Assembly: GCA_963935445.1 (NCBI GenBank)
Contig: CAWWCX010000001.1
Location: 1-33,218 of the forward strand
DNA from: an uncultured Roseibacillus sp.
Lineage (GTDB): Bacteria; Verrucomicrobiota; Verrucomicrobiia; Verrucomicrobiales; Akkermansiaceae
Direction of reading: 5' to 3'
DNA length: 33,218 bases
In this document: positions 1 through 9,435 of the stretch, piece by piece
Numbering within the stretch: the stretch's first letter is position 1
Layout of the letters: each line of letters begins with the position of its first letter
Translations under genes and position numbers: made by a program
Notes under the pieces: model-generated
The model's input: the letters and a program-made list of their open reading frames with translations, nothing else
The model's database searches: none
Told to the model about the DNA's origin: nothing

Positions 1-117
1 GATCGGGGTTTCGCTCGGGGAGTGGCAGCAGCTTTGGGGTCTCCTCCGGTTGCTTCAGGAGCATTAACCCGGAGCGGAGGGCAAAGGTGGGCAGTTGAAA
101 GTATTTCGGGTGTTACT

Positions 118-327
118 CTAGAGGGGATCATCGAAGTCCTCGGCCATCCAGAAGCCGGGGCCACTGGCCGAGCCCCGCTGCGGTTTGGTCGGCTCATTAC
201 TGGGTGGGCGTAATTCGGCCACAGCACGGCCGTGCTTGGTGATCTGGAAGATCTCACCCTGCGACATGATCTCAGCCACGATTGCGCTCAGCCTGGTCTT
301 GGCCTCAAAGATCCCTATCCTCCTCAC
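118..327 (-). CDS. Type II antitoxin, Phd/YefM (prevent-host-death) family
   Basis: The ORF track gives 118..402. From VRRIGIFEAKTRLSAIVAEI...ITKHGRAVAEL...FWMAEDFDDPL the sequence matches the Phd/YefM antitoxin N-terminal signature and the typical acidic C-terminus. The 25 aa upstream of the GTG at 327 (MITTKEALFSFCSFPNK...) are not antitoxin-like, so the start is placed at GTG 327. Stop TAG at 118-120. Confidence 0.75.
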   Translation of the reverse strand: MRRIGIFEAKTRLSAIVAEIMSQGEIFQITKHGRAVAELRPPSNEPTKPQRGSASGPGFWMAEDFDDPL

Positions 328-335
328 GGAGAAAT

Positions 336-354
336 AAACTAGTCTAACTAGTTT
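336..354. promoter_or_regulatory. Perfect inverted repeat AAACTAGT-cta-ACTAGTTT immediately upstream of the antitoxin start, a candidate autoregulatory operator
   Basis: The 8-nt arms are exact reverse complements. The repeat lies 8 nt upstream of GTG 327 in a locally AT-rich stretch (about 330-430). Type II antitoxins classically bind palindromes that overlap their own promoter. Confidence 0.45.
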
Positions 355-547
355 GTTTGGAAAAGAGCAAAATGAGAACAGTGCTTCTTTTGTTGTAATC
401 AATTAATAAGCAGTAAGTTATCTTATTATGGAGGGCAATTGGCGATGAGGGGTCGGGACGAACTGGACCGGGCTATTGTGCCACCGGGGCGCTGAGAGCC
501 CCGGTTCCATAGCCAATTCAGGGTTTCTGGAAGGGTGATTCGTGTTA

Positions 548-1579
548 ATGAAAGAGCGCATGAAGACCGGGCTCCTGCTGTCTATACTCGTGTCGGTCTC
601 TTTGGCGGGAATGCTGGTTTTGGCGGTGAATCGAATTTCGGATCTTGAGAACCAGCTTGCGGATACGAGAGAGGAGCGTGCGATCAGGAAGTCGGAGGCG
701 GGAGCAGCAGGCCCGGTAGTTTCGGGGGGCCAGGCTCTCCCTGCGGTTCGAGGTGGCAACGGCAGGGCCAAGAGTGAACGGCCGGGGGCTGAAGCTCGCT
801 CGGCGGATCTTGCGGCGGGGTTGACGGAGGGCGGTGACTCCCAGAGTCCCGATGAGGTGGTGGGACAGTTAATTCGCGCCCTGATGCAGACCGATGCGGG
901 CAGGAAAATGGCTTTGGAGGAGAGTGTGGAGAATGCGGAGGAACGTTTTGCCCCGCTTCTGGAGGATTTTGCCTTTTCCGATGAAGAGCGTGCGCACTTT
1001 CTTGAGCTGGCGGGCGCCGAGCTTGGCTCGGAGGACATGCTCTGGATGGAGCTCCTGATGGCCAAAGACGAAGATCGTGAGCGCATCATGCAGACGTGGG
1101 AAACGGACCGGGAGCGGCGTCTCAGGGAGATGAAAGCTTTTCTGAATGATGAGGAAGACTGGGACCGGTATCGCCGCTACCAGGCAAGGGTGCCGGAGTA
1201 TGAGCAGATGGACGGCCTGCGGACTGTCATGATGGAGGAGGGAGTGCCCATGACCGCGGAACAGGAGGCCCAGCTCGTCGACCTCCTTTACCGCGCCCGG
1301 GTTGAAAGCGGCATGCGCGAGCGTTGGGAAGGGCGAGGAGTGCTCGAACAGCTTTCTGAACCAGGGATGGTGCAGCGCCTCCGGGATGACTGGAAGTCCG
1401 GGGTCTCCTCCATGGGGGATGCGCCGCGTCAGATTCTCTCCGGCCGGCAGGCAGAGATCTTCGAGGTGGTCCAGGCGGAGATGATGGAAACGGTGACGGA
1501 GGAGCTCAGCGAAGGGCTCCGTTTCCTGCGTCCCGAGCCCGGGCCGGAACCTGCTGCGCGAGAGGGGGGCGAAGAGTAG
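548..1579 (+). CDS. Hypothetical membrane-anchored, Glu/Arg-rich (acidic, helical) protein
   Basis: Long ORF (track 542..1579). N-terminal signal-anchor MKERMKTGLLLSILVSVSLAGMLVLAV is followed by a Gly/Ala-rich linker and a highly charged E/D/R-rich domain. I recognise no family. The start could be GTG 542, ATG 548 or ATG 560. Confidence 0.6.
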   Translation: MKERMKTGLLLSILVSVSLAGMLVLAVNRISDLENQLADTREERAIRKSEAGAAGPVVSGGQALPAVRGGNGRAKSERPGAEARSADLAAGLTEGGDSQSPDEVVGQLIRALMQTDAGRKMALEESVENAEERFAPLLEDFAFSDEERAHFLELAGAELGSEDMLWMELLMAKDEDRERIMQTWETDRERRLREMKAFLNDEEDWDRYRRYQARVPEYEQMDGLRTVMMEEGVPMTAEQEAQLVDLLYRARVESGMRERWEGRGVLEQLSEPGMVQRLRDDWKSGVSSMGDAPRQILSGRQAEIFEVVQAEMMETVTEELSEGLRFLRPEPGPEPAAREGGEE

Positions 1580-1646
1580 CGGATGAGGCGGCTCCCGGAC
1601 GAGGAGCTGGATTTTCCTGTGGCGCCAGGTGCGTGACGGGTCCCTA

Positions 1647-2441
1647 TCAGGTCTGCACCTGGTAATACTTGCGATAAGCGGTGGGGGACATATGCATCAC
1701 GCTGGTGAATGCCCGGGTGAAGGAAGCGTGCTCCAGGTAGCCGAGGGATTCCGCGATCTCGCCCACGCTCATGGGAGTTTGGAGGAGACGATCGCAGGCG
1801 GCGGCGATCTTTGCATGCAGAATAAAGCGCTTGGGTGAGGTGCCGAGGTGGCTCCGGAAGCGGCGTTCGAGGGTGCTGATGGACATGCCCGCTCTCTTGG
1901 ACAGTTCATCCACGCTGAGCGGCTGATTCACGTTGTCGTGCACAAAATTGACAAGCTCCGACAGTGCGCGGTAGGGGGCCGGCAGTGGGTGTCCCTCACG
2001 CTGGTCGAGTCGTCTGGAGATCCCGGAAGTTCCCACCAGCTCGCCATCGTTACTGACGAGGGGAACCTTGGAGGTCATGCGCCATTCGATTCCGCCAGCC
2101 TTGCGGGTTACCAGCTCCATCTTGTTGAGGATCGACTTTCCAGTTTCAAAGACAGTCTGGTCATCCTGAAGGAAGGAGCGGGCAATTTCGGCGGGGAAGA
2201 TATCGGTGTCGGTGCGACCGATGAAGTCCTCGGGCCGTCGGCGAATGAGGTCGCTGAAGGCGCGGTTTACGAAAATGAACCGGCTTTGCCGGTCCTTGAT
2301 CCAGAAGAGGACATCGGGAAGGGCTTCAAAGAGCCCGAGGGCGATCTGGCCGGGGCGCAGGGTGCTCACAAAGGACTCGAATCCGCAGATTGGTGAATTC
2401 GTGGGTGCGGCAGATCCTGCTACATCGGATTCGCTGGTCAT
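1647..2441 (-). CDS. AraC-family transcriptional regulator with N-terminal PAS-like sensor domain
   Basis: The C-terminus has the AraC HTH signature (LSVDELSKRAGMSISTLERRFRSHLGTSPKRFILHAKIAAACDRL...GYLEHASFTRAFTSVMHMSPTAYRK). The N-terminal half is PAS-like (LFWIKDRQSRFIFVNRAFSDLI...GRTDTDIFP...ETGKSILNKMELV). Transcribed divergently from xylA. Confidence 0.85.
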   Translation of the reverse strand: MTSESDVAGSAAPTNSPICGFESFVSTLRPGQIALGLFEALPDVLFWIKDRQSRFIFVNRAFSDLIRRRPEDFIGRTDTDIFPAEIARSFLQDDQTVFETGKSILNKMELVTRKAGGIEWRMTSKVPLVSNDGELVGTSGISRRLDQREGHPLPAPYRALSELVNFVHDNVNQPLSVDELSKRAGMSISTLERRFRSHLGTSPKRFILHAKIAAACDRLLQTPMSVGEIAESLGYLEHASFTRAFTSVMHMSPTAYRKYYQVQT

Positions 2442-2627
2442 TGGACAATCCGTTCCTGCGGAATTGGGTTAAATAGGGACTCGGGAAAATTCCTTTCTTC
2501 CGACAAACGTGCAACGATTTTCAACAAAAAGATGGCGGATTTCTTTCTGGCCCGACAGGAGGGGGGGCTGTAGCGTCGCGCGCCCTGAACGCCCTCGGTT
2601 CAAGGTGTAAAAACGTTTTCGTATATC

Positions 2628-3947
2628 ATGTCAGACTACTTCCCCAACGTCTCCAAGATCGAATTTGAAGGGCCGGATTCGGACAATCCCCTCGCCTTCC
2701 GTCACTACAATCCTGACGAGCTGGTCGCCGGGAAAAGCATGAAGGACCACCTGCGCTTTGGTGCCGCCTACTGGCACTGCATGCGTAACCCACTGGGCGA
2801 TCCTTTTGGGGTCGGAACTGCGCTCATGCCCTGGGATGACGGGAGCGAGTCGTTGGACAATGCCCTGGCGCGCGTGCCGGTCTTTTTTGAGTTTCTCGAG
2901 AAGTGCCAGATCGATTGGTATTGCTTTCATGACCGGGATGTCTCGCCGGAGGGCAGCAGCTGGGCAGAAACTCACTCCAACCTGGAGCGGGTGACCCAGG
3001 AGCTCAAGGGGGGGCAGGACGGGAGCGGCCGGAAGCTCCTGTGGGGAACGGCCTGCCTGTTCGCTCATCCGCGCTATGCGCAGGGTGCCGCCACTTCTCC
3101 CAACGCCGACGTGTTTGCCTATGCCGCCAGTCAGGTGAAGCACGCCCTGGAGGCGACCCACGCCCTGGGAGGGGCCGGTTACGTTTTCTGGGGAGGCAGG
3201 GAGGGATACGCCTCACTGATCAATACGGACATGAAGCGCGAGCTTGATCATCTTGCACGTCTTCTGCACATGGCGGTTGATCATGCCAAGAAGATCGGAT
3301 TCACCGGTCAGTTTTATATTGAGCCCAAGCCGCGGGAGCCGTCGACCCACCAGTATGACTCCGATGCGGCGGCCTGCCTCAATTTCCTGAGGGAGTATGA
3401 TCTTCTGGATCACCTCAAGCTCAATATCGAAACCAACCACGCGGAGTTGGCGGGGCATACCATGGAGCACGAACTCGATGTGGCCTCCGCAGCGGGGGCC
3501 CTGGGCTCGATTGATGCCAACCGCGGCGATCAGTTGATCGGCTGGGATACAGACCAGTTTCCGACTAATATCTACAGCTGTGCCAACATCATGTTGCGGG
3601 TATTGAAAATGAACGGGGGGCAGGGCTTCACCACCGGGGGGCTCAACTTTGACGCCAAGCGCCGACGTGAATCCCATCTTCCGGAAGATCTCTTCCACGC
3701 TCATGTCGGCGGGATGGATGCCTTTGCACGTGGACTCAAGATCGCGGCCAGAATCATTGAGGATGGGCGCTTTGATGAGTTTGTGAAGGCCCGCTACTCG
3801 TCGTACGACAGTGGGGTGGGGGCGGACATTGAATCCGGATCCTCCAGCTTGGACTCTCTGGACGCCTATGCACTCGGGATTGACTCGCCCACCTTGGAGA
3901 GTGGTCGACAGGAGATGCTGGAAAACCTCCTCAACGATTACCTCTAA
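2628..3947 (+). CDS. xylA: Xylose isomerase (class II)
   Basis: 439 aa. The N-terminus [46 protein letters not shown], plus [21 protein letters not shown] and [13 protein letters not shown], are hallmark XylA motifs. Confidence 0.97.
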   Translation: MSDYFPNVSKIEFEGPDSDNPLAFRHYNPDELVAGKSMKDHLRFGAAYWHCMRNPLGDPFGVGTALMPWDDGSESLDNALARVPVFFEFLEKCQIDWYCFHDRDVSPEGSSWAETHSNLERVTQELKGGQDGSGRKLLWGTACLFAHPRYAQGAATSPNADVFAYAASQVKHALEATHALGGAGYVFWGGREGYASLINTDMKRELDHLARLLHMAVDHAKKIGFTGQFYIEPKPREPSTHQYDSDAAACLNFLREYDLLDHLKLNIETNHAELAGHTMEHELDVASAAGALGSIDANRGDQLIGWDTDQFPTNIYSCANIMLRVLKMNGGQGFTTGGLNFDAKRRRESHLPEDLFHAHVGGMDAFARGLKIAARIIEDGRFDEFVKARYSSYDSGVGADIESGSSSLDSLDAYALGIDSPTLESGRQEMLENLLNDYL

Positions 3948-4078
3948 GCCTTCGCCCTGTGGAGGTTAAGGCGCAGACGGCGCGGATGACCTGCCGGAAA
4001 AACCCAATGAAACCGAGAGATCTTCCGCGCCGCTGCTAGCAACACGCTATGGAAAACAAAGCACCTGCCGTGCCAATC

Positions 4079-4098
4079 GGACCTCCTGCAGGTCCTTT
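4079..4098 (+). terminator. Weak hairpin (GGACCT-cctgc-AGGTCC) followed by a T-rich tract in the xylA-xylB spacer, a possible attenuator or partial terminator
   Basis: Perfect 6-bp stem, 5-nt loop, then TTTGGCTCCTTTGTTTATT. It lies inside an unusually long (about 250 nt) spacer between two same-strand pathway genes. The stem is short, so support is weak. Confidence 0.3.
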
Positions 4099-4198
4099 GG
4101 CTCCTTTGTTTATTGGTGTCGAGGGGGCGCTCGCCAGCTGAGTGCGCTCCGGCCTCCCTTCCGAAGCCCAGCCCGAATATCGCCGCTAACATTCCGTC

Positions 4199-5767
4199 AT
4201 GCCCACCGTTCTCGGACTAGACTCATCGACCCAGAGCGTCTCGGCTGTCGTGCTGGACACGGAATCCGGATCGATTATCCACGAAGAAGCCGTGAGCTTT
4301 GGTGGTGATCTGCCGGACTATGGGCAGCCCTCGGGATTCATCCCCGGCGGTGAGGGTGGGGAGGTTCACAGCGATCCCCTGATGTGGCTCGATGCCCTCG
4401 AGCTGCTTTTTGAGCGCCTTTCCGCAAGCGAGGTCAACCTTGGGGAGATCGCGGCCATTGCGGGCTCTGGCCAACAGCATGGCAGTGTCTACCTTGACGA
4501 GGGATTTGCGGACACGGTGCGCCATCTCGATGCGAACCGGACCTTAAAATCCCAGGTCCTCTCCCATCTCACCCGGCAGACCGCTCCGATCTGGATGGAC
4601 ACCGCGACCAGCGAGGAGTGTGCAGAAATCGCCCGGGCGGTAGGTGGTAATGCCGAGGTCTGCAGCCGGAGCGGTTCAATTGCGATCGAGCGCTTCACCG
4701 GTCCGCAGATACGCCGCTTCGCCAAATTGCATGTCGACGCTTGGGAACTGACCGGGGTGATCCACCTCGTAAGCTCGTTCATGGCATCGATTCTTGCCGG
4801 CCGGAGCGTGCCCATTGATCATGGTGATGGAGCGGGAATGAACCTGCTCAACCTGGCTTCCGGAGACTGGGATGACACTCTCCTGGATGCTACCGTCCCC
4901 GGGCTGCGTGGGAAGCTCCCACCTGCGCAGGCCTCCTCCACGATTGCAGGAACTGTGAGTTCCTTCTTCGTGGAGAAATACGGCCTCAGTGCGGACTGTG
5001 AGGTCGTGCTGTTTTCCGGGGACAACCCCTGCAGCCTGGTGGGCATGGGGGCGTCCCGGCCGGGCAAGGTAGTCATCAGCCTGGGGACAAGTGACACCCT
5101 GTTCGCCGCCATGCCGGAGCCGCGCACGGACCCGAACGGCTATGGGCACGTCTTCGGAAATCCGATGGGTGGGTTCATGAGCCTGATTTGTTTCCTGAAC
5201 GGCTCCCTTGCACGGGAGCGGGTCAAGGAGGACCTGGGGCTGGAGTGGGCCGACTTCGACCGGGAGGGACTGGCCAAGACGCCGATGGGCAACGAGGGGC
5301 GTCTGATGCTGCCGTTCTTTGGCCCTGAGATCACGCCGCGTGTAGAGTCCAGCGGGGTGGTCTCCGTGGGGCTGGATTCTGCGGAACCGGCTGCCGTTGT
5401 GCGGGCCGTGCTGGAAGGACAGTTCCTCAACATGAAGGTGCATGCGCGCTGGCTCGGCGTGGATCCCGAGACCATCTACCTGACCGGTGGGGCCTCCCGG
5501 AACGACGGTATCGCACAGACAGTCGCCAGCGTGTTTGGCGTTCCTGTTTCGCGGCTGAGCGTGACGGGATCCGCGGCCCTTGGAGCGGCCATGCGCGCAG
5601 CGGAGGCTTCCTGCGGCATTCCCCTGGAAGAGCTGGAAGCTTCGTTCTGCCAGCCGGAAGCAGGTTCGACCGTGACTCCCGAGGAGGGCGCGGGCGACAT
5701 TTACAACGATCTTGAGCAAAAGTGGGTCTCAGCCTTGCACGAGGCGTTTTCGCTCACTAATGACTAA
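4199..5767 (+). CDS. xylB: Xylulokinase (FGGY carbohydrate kinase, eukaryote-like D-xylulose kinase type)
   Basis: 522 aa. [17 protein letters not shown] and [13 protein letters not shown] resemble the D(L/S)STQ and SG.QQHGSVY motifs of XKS1/XYLB-type xylulokinases rather than E. coli XylB (GQMHG). FGGY C-terminal motif [10 protein letters not shown] is present. Sits downstream of xylA. Confidence 0.9.
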   Translation: MPTVLGLDSSTQSVSAVVLDTESGSIIHEEAVSFGGDLPDYGQPSGFIPGGEGGEVHSDPLMWLDALELLFERLSASEVNLGEIAAIAGSGQQHGSVYLDEGFADTVRHLDANRTLKSQVLSHLTRQTAPIWMDTATSEECAEIARAVGGNAEVCSRSGSIAIERFTGPQIRRFAKLHVDAWELTGVIHLVSSFMASILAGRSVPIDHGDGAGMNLLNLASGDWDDTLLDATVPGLRGKLPPAQASSTIAGTVSSFFVEKYGLSADCEVVLFSGDNPCSLVGMGASRPGKVVISLGTSDTLFAAMPEPRTDPNGYGHVFGNPMGGFMSLICFLNGSLARERVKEDLGLEWADFDREGLAKTPMGNEGRLMLPFFGPEITPRVESSGVVSVGLDSAEPAAVVRAVLEGQFLNMKVHARWLGVDPETIYLTGGASRNDGIAQTVASVFGVPVSRLSVTGSAALGAAMRAAEASCGIPLEELEASFCQPEAGSTVTPEEGAGDIYNDLEQKWVSALHEAFSLTND

Positions 5768-6857
5768 GGACAACAGCAACAGCAATCCGCAACCACACAA
5801 ACCGATGGCACGACCAGTAACATTATTCACCGGCCAGTGGGCCGACCTTTCTCTCGCTCAGCTGCTCCCCCTGGTCAAGGAGATGGGCTATGATGGAGTT
5901 GAACTCGCCTGCTGGGGCGACCACTTTGATGTGCAGAAGGCGCTCAACGAGGACGGCTACGTCGAGGGTCGCTGGGAGCTTCTGAAGCAGCACGACATGG
6001 TGTGCTATGCGATCTCGAACCATCTGGTAGGGCAGGCGGTTTGCGACAATATTGACGAACGCCACCAGGCCATTCTCTCCCCCGAGGTGTGGGGCGATGG
6101 TGACCCGGAAGGCGTGCGACAGCGGGCGGCCCAGGAGATGATCGACACGGCCCGGGCCTGTCGTAAACTCATTGATGCGGGCGCAGACTACATGTCCGGC
6201 AAGCCGGCCGGAAACGGCCGCGCGGTGGTGAACGGATTCACCGGATCCAGCATCTGGCATTCCATCTACGCCTTCCCGCCCACCAACCAGGCGTATTACC
6301 AGAAGGGCTTTGACGACTTTGCGGCCCGCTGGAAGCCAATTCTCGATGAATTTGATGCCGTCAACGTGGATTTCGGACTGGAAGTGCATCCTACGGAAAT
6401 CGCCTTTGACATTGCCTCTGCTTCGCGGGCCATTGAGGCCGTCGACGGGCACAAGCGGTTCGGGTTCAACTACGATCCAAGTCACCTGGGCTACCAGGGT
6501 GTCGATTATGTGAAGTTCATCCGTGATTTCGCGGACCGTATTTTCCACGTGCACATGAAGGACGCCTGGTGGGGTCATGGTGATGGCACGGTGGGAGTCT
6601 TTGGTGGTCACACCGACTTTACGGATGCACGGCGCTTCTGGGATTTTCGTTCGGTTGGACGGGGTGACACCGACTTCGAGGAAATCATCGTGGCCCTGAA
6701 TGACATTGCCTATGCCGGACCGCTTTCAGTTGAGTGGGAGGATGGCCGGATGGACCGTTTCCACGGGGCCGCGGAAAGCTGCGCCTTCACCAGGGACCTC
6801 GATTTCGCGCCCAGTGACGTGATCTTCGACTCGGCCTTCGACAAGGAGAACCAGTAA
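5760..6857 (+). CDS. Sugar phosphate isomerase/epimerase (xylose-isomerase-like TIM barrel) family protein
   Basis: [41 protein letters not shown] plus later HVHMKD and SVEWED are typical of this family. The ORF track starts at 5712, inside xylB. ATG 5760 overlaps the xylB stop by 8 nt. ATG 5805 (MARPVTLF...) is an equally plausible start. Confidence 0.85.
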   Translation: MTKDNSNSNPQPHKPMARPVTLFTGQWADLSLAQLLPLVKEMGYDGVELACWGDHFDVQKALNEDGYVEGRWELLKQHDMVCYAISNHLVGQAVCDNIDERHQAILSPEVWGDGDPEGVRQRAAQEMIDTARACRKLIDAGADYMSGKPAGNGRAVVNGFTGSSIWHSIYAFPPTNQAYYQKGFDDFAARWKPILDEFDAVNVDFGLEVHPTEIAFDIASASRAIEAVDGHKRFGFNYDPSHLGYQGVDYVKFIRDFADRIFHVHMKDAWWGHGDGTVGVFGGHTDFTDARRFWDFRSVGRGDTDFEEIIVALNDIAYAGPLSVEWEDGRMDRFHGAAESCAFTRDLDFAPSDVIFDSAFDKENQ

Positions 6858-6878
6858 TTTTCAACCGCGTTTCAGATC

Positions 6879-7955
6879 ATGGCAACAAAGGTAGGGGTCA
6901 TTGGAGCGGGAGGGATGCTCCAGTATCATGCTCCCGGGTTCCAACAAGGTGGGGGCGAACTGTCTGCCATCGCGGACGTGAACCGGGAAGCGGCGCAGGC
7001 GTCGGCAGATAGCTGGAATATCCCCAATGTTTTCGGGGATACCGGGGAGTTTCTCGAGTCGGATATCGATGCGGTCAGCATTATTGTTCCCAACAAGTTC
7101 CATGCACCGCTTGCCATTCAGGCTCTGGAAGCGGGGAAGCATGTCTTCTGCGAGAAGCCGCCGGCCCTTAATGCAGCAGAGGTCGAGGAGATGATTGCTG
7201 CAGCTGAAAAGGCGGGCAAGGTCCTCATGTTCAACTTCAACAACCGGGCCCGGCCTGAATCCCAGGCCATGATGAAGCTGATCGCGGATGGGACGGTGGG
7301 CACGATCAATTCTGCCCAGTCGCAGTGGATTCGCCGGACTGGGATCCCGGGCTTCGGGGGCTGGTTCACCACCAAGGAACTCTCAGGCGGAGGTCCGGTC
7401 ATTGATCTGCTGCACATGATTGACCTGGCCTTGTATTTCATGGGCTACCCCGAACCGGCGCATGTCCTGGGGCAGACCTTTGACGACTTCATCACTGACA
7501 AGTCGTTCAAGGGTCCATGGGGAATTCCTGACAATGCGGAGGGGAAGACGGACGTGGAAGCTGCTGCGCACGGACTGGTGACCTTCAAGAGTGGACAGGT
7601 TCTCAGCCTGCGGAATTCCTGGGCGGAAATGATCGAGCGGGAAGTCGTCTCGGTCGTGTTTCAGGGAAGCAGGGCCGGAGGGAAGGTCGAGCGTCTCTTT
7701 GGAAGCGACGGGCTTGACGAAACCGCCATAGATTCCTGTGAGCTGTATGTGCAGGAGGATGGCAAATCGGTGAACCGCAGTATTGAAACGGAGCCCTGCG
7801 AAGACATGGGGCGGATTGCCTCCGCGGCCAACTTCGTGGAGACCATCGAGGGGACGGCCGAACCCCTGAATACTCCAGATGAGGCTCTCAAGCTCATGAA
7901 GATCATTGATGCGCTGTACGAGTCAGCGAGCTCGGGGGCACCGGTTGCCCTCTGA
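6879..7955 (+). CDS. Gfo/Idh/MocA family NAD(P)-dependent oxidoreductase
   Basis: N-terminal Rossmann motif KVGVIGAGGM, the family signature GKHVFCEKPPALN, and a C-terminal alpha/beta domain. No signal peptide. Confidence 0.9.
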   Translation: MATKVGVIGAGGMLQYHAPGFQQGGGELSAIADVNREAAQASADSWNIPNVFGDTGEFLESDIDAVSIIVPNKFHAPLAIQALEAGKHVFCEKPPALNAAEVEEMIAAAEKAGKVLMFNFNNRARPESQAMMKLIADGTVGTINSAQSQWIRRTGIPGFGGWFTTKELSGGGPVIDLLHMIDLALYFMGYPEPAHVLGQTFDDFITDKSFKGPWGIPDNAEGKTDVEAAAHGLVTFKSGQVLSLRNSWAEMIEREVVSVVFQGSRAGGKVERLFGSDGLDETAIDSCELYVQEDGKSVNRSIETEPCEDMGRIASAANFVETIEGTAEPLNTPDEALKLMKIIDALYESASSGAPVAL

Positions 7956-8017
7956 ATACTTTCCGACGGGTTCCGCGCCTGTCCTCAATCCAAATTCATC
8001 TCTCACAGTTTACAGAC

Positions 8018-9178
8018 ATGGCACTCAACAGAAAACTCCGCATGGGAATGGTTGGCGGTGGGCGCGGCGCGTTCATCGGCGCAGTGCACCGCATGGCGGC
8101 CAACCTGGATGGTAAGATCGAACTGGTGGCGGGAGCCTTCTCGTCCGATCCTGAAAAATCGAGGCTCAGCGGGGCGGACTTCTTTCTCGATCCGGACCGT
8201 GTCTATGGGTCCTACGAGGAGATGGCCGAGAAGGAGGCAGCCCGGGAGGACAAGATCGATTTCGTGACCATCGTGGTGCAGAACCACCTGCACGTCCCGG
8301 TAGCGAAAACCTTCCTGGAAGCGGGATTCAATGTGATTTGCGACAAGCCGCTTTCCAGTAACCTCGAGGATGCCAAGGACCTGCAGCAGCTCGTTCATGC
8401 CAGCGGCAAGGTCTTCTGCCTGACGCACAACTATACGGGATATCCGATGGTCAAGGAGGCTCGCCGGATGGTGCAGGATGGCGAGCTTGGCCGCCTGCTC
8501 AAGGTGGTGGCCGAGTATCCGCAGGGTTACGCGGTCGGCGACGTGGAAGGCGATGGGCAGGGTAAGATCTCCAACTGGCGGGCTGACCCGGGTATTGCGG
8601 GGGCTTCCAACTGCATGGGGGATATCGGGACGCACGCGCACAACCTGGTTCGTTACATCTGCGGTGTGGAGGTGGAGGAACTCGCGGCGGAGTTGTCTGC
8701 CTTTATTCCGGGGCGGGAACTCGACGACGACGGGAACTGCCTTGTGCGCTTTACGGACGGGGTGAAGGGAATCATCTACGCGTCCCAGATTTCCAACGGC
8801 GACGAGAATAATCTCAATATCCGGGCCTACGGAACCAAGGCCTCCATCGAGTGGCATCAGGAAGATCCCAACGAACTCATCGTGAAGTATGCCAATGCGC
8901 CCCGGAAAACCTACCGGCGTGGCAACGATTACCTGGGGGAGGCGGCCTCCTCGAACTCCCGGACTCCCTTTGCACATCCCGAGGGATTCATCGAGGCCTT
9001 TGCGAATATCTACCTCGCCGCAGGCCGGGCCATCAGCGACCAGATTGAGGGCAATGAGCCTCCTGCCGGGGGCTATGACCATCCCGGAGTAGACGACGGA
9101 GTGGCCGGCAATGCCTTTATCAAGGCCTGCGTGGAATCTTCCCGTAACAATGCGGCCTGGACCAAGTTGGATCTCTAG
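8018..9178 (+). CDS. Gfo/Idh/MocA family oxidoreductase (second paralogue type)
   Basis: LRMGMVGGGRGAFIGAVHRMAA, GFNVICDKPLSSN and HNYTGYPMV are typical of the long Gfo/Idh/MocA subgroup. No signal peptide. Confidence 0.9.
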   Translation: MALNRKLRMGMVGGGRGAFIGAVHRMAANLDGKIELVAGAFSSDPEKSRLSGADFFLDPDRVYGSYEEMAEKEAAREDKIDFVTIVVQNHLHVPVAKTFLEAGFNVICDKPLSSNLEDAKDLQQLVHASGKVFCLTHNYTGYPMVKEARRMVQDGELGRLLKVVAEYPQGYAVGDVEGDGQGKISNWRADPGIAGASNCMGDIGTHAHNLVRYICGVEVEELAAELSAFIPGRELDDDGNCLVRFTDGVKGIIYASQISNGDENNLNIRAYGTKASIEWHQEDPNELIVKYANAPRKTYRRGNDYLGEAASSNSRTPFAHPEGFIEAFANIYLAAGRAISDQIEGNEPPAGGYDHPGVDDGVAGNAFIKACVESSRNNAAWTKLDL

Positions 9179-9435
9179 CCCGGGCCGCGGTCGCCAACGC
9201 ACGTGAGTGCGTGCGCGGCAGTGATTATTCCCATGGCGAGAGGATGCTGGCTGCCCCCTGCAGCCAGGGGGTGATGCGGACGGCCGAAGGGCACTCCAGC
9301 AGGTGCGGAGGGGGGTGCAGCGAGTGAGGATTCAACTCGTGACCAATGAGTTGTGAGGCGTGGTGCCTCGAATGAAAGATTGCGTCGCTTCGATCTGAGC
9401 TCTATCTTTGCTAGGCAACTATCAGGTCAAATACG

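Noticed and set aside
1-117. Possible toxin gene downstream of the antitoxin.
   Set aside because: No start codon lies near the antitoxin stop, and none of the three minus-strand frames shows a PIN, RelE or Doc-like N-terminus. A call cannot be supported from 117 nt.
328-402. N-terminal extension of the antitoxin ORF to ATG 402.
   Set aside because: The extension (MITTKEALFSFCSFPNKLVRLVYFS) covers the AT-rich promoter and palindrome region. Phd/YefM antitoxins begin only a few residues before the conserved (I/V)G(I/V)xEAK segment.
1625-1662. Inverted repeat CCAGGTGC-N22-GCACCTGG between the convergent 548..1579 gene and the AraC gene, considered as a bidirectional terminator.
   Set aside because: The loop is large at 22 nt and there is no U-tract on either strand. 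The right arm lies inside the AraC coding sequence. Too weak to call.
3944-4192. 82-aa minus-strand ORF filling the xylA-xylB spacer.
   Set aside because: The translation is Arg-rich and low complexity. It overlaps the xylA stop and has no family resemblance. The spacer is more simply explained as structured non-coding RNA or DNA.
8003-9202. 399-aa ORF antisense to the second Gfo/Idh/MocA gene. Similar long antisense ORFs occur at 4676..5719, 11359..12600, 13870..15021, 16710..17894, 18161..19183, 20164..20931, 23921..24952 and 25223..25957.
   Set aside because: These are shadow ORFs typical of GC-rich DNA. Their translations are Arg/Gly/Pro/His-rich low complexity with no recognisable domains. 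The opposite strand in each case encodes a protein with strong family motifs.
9247-9267. GC-rich hairpin CTGGCTGC-cccct-GCAGCCAG in the spacer before the ThuA-like gene, considered as a terminator or riboswitch element.
   Set aside because: There is no following T-tract and I recognise no conserved riboswitch core. It may affect RNA stability, but function is not supportable from sequence alone.
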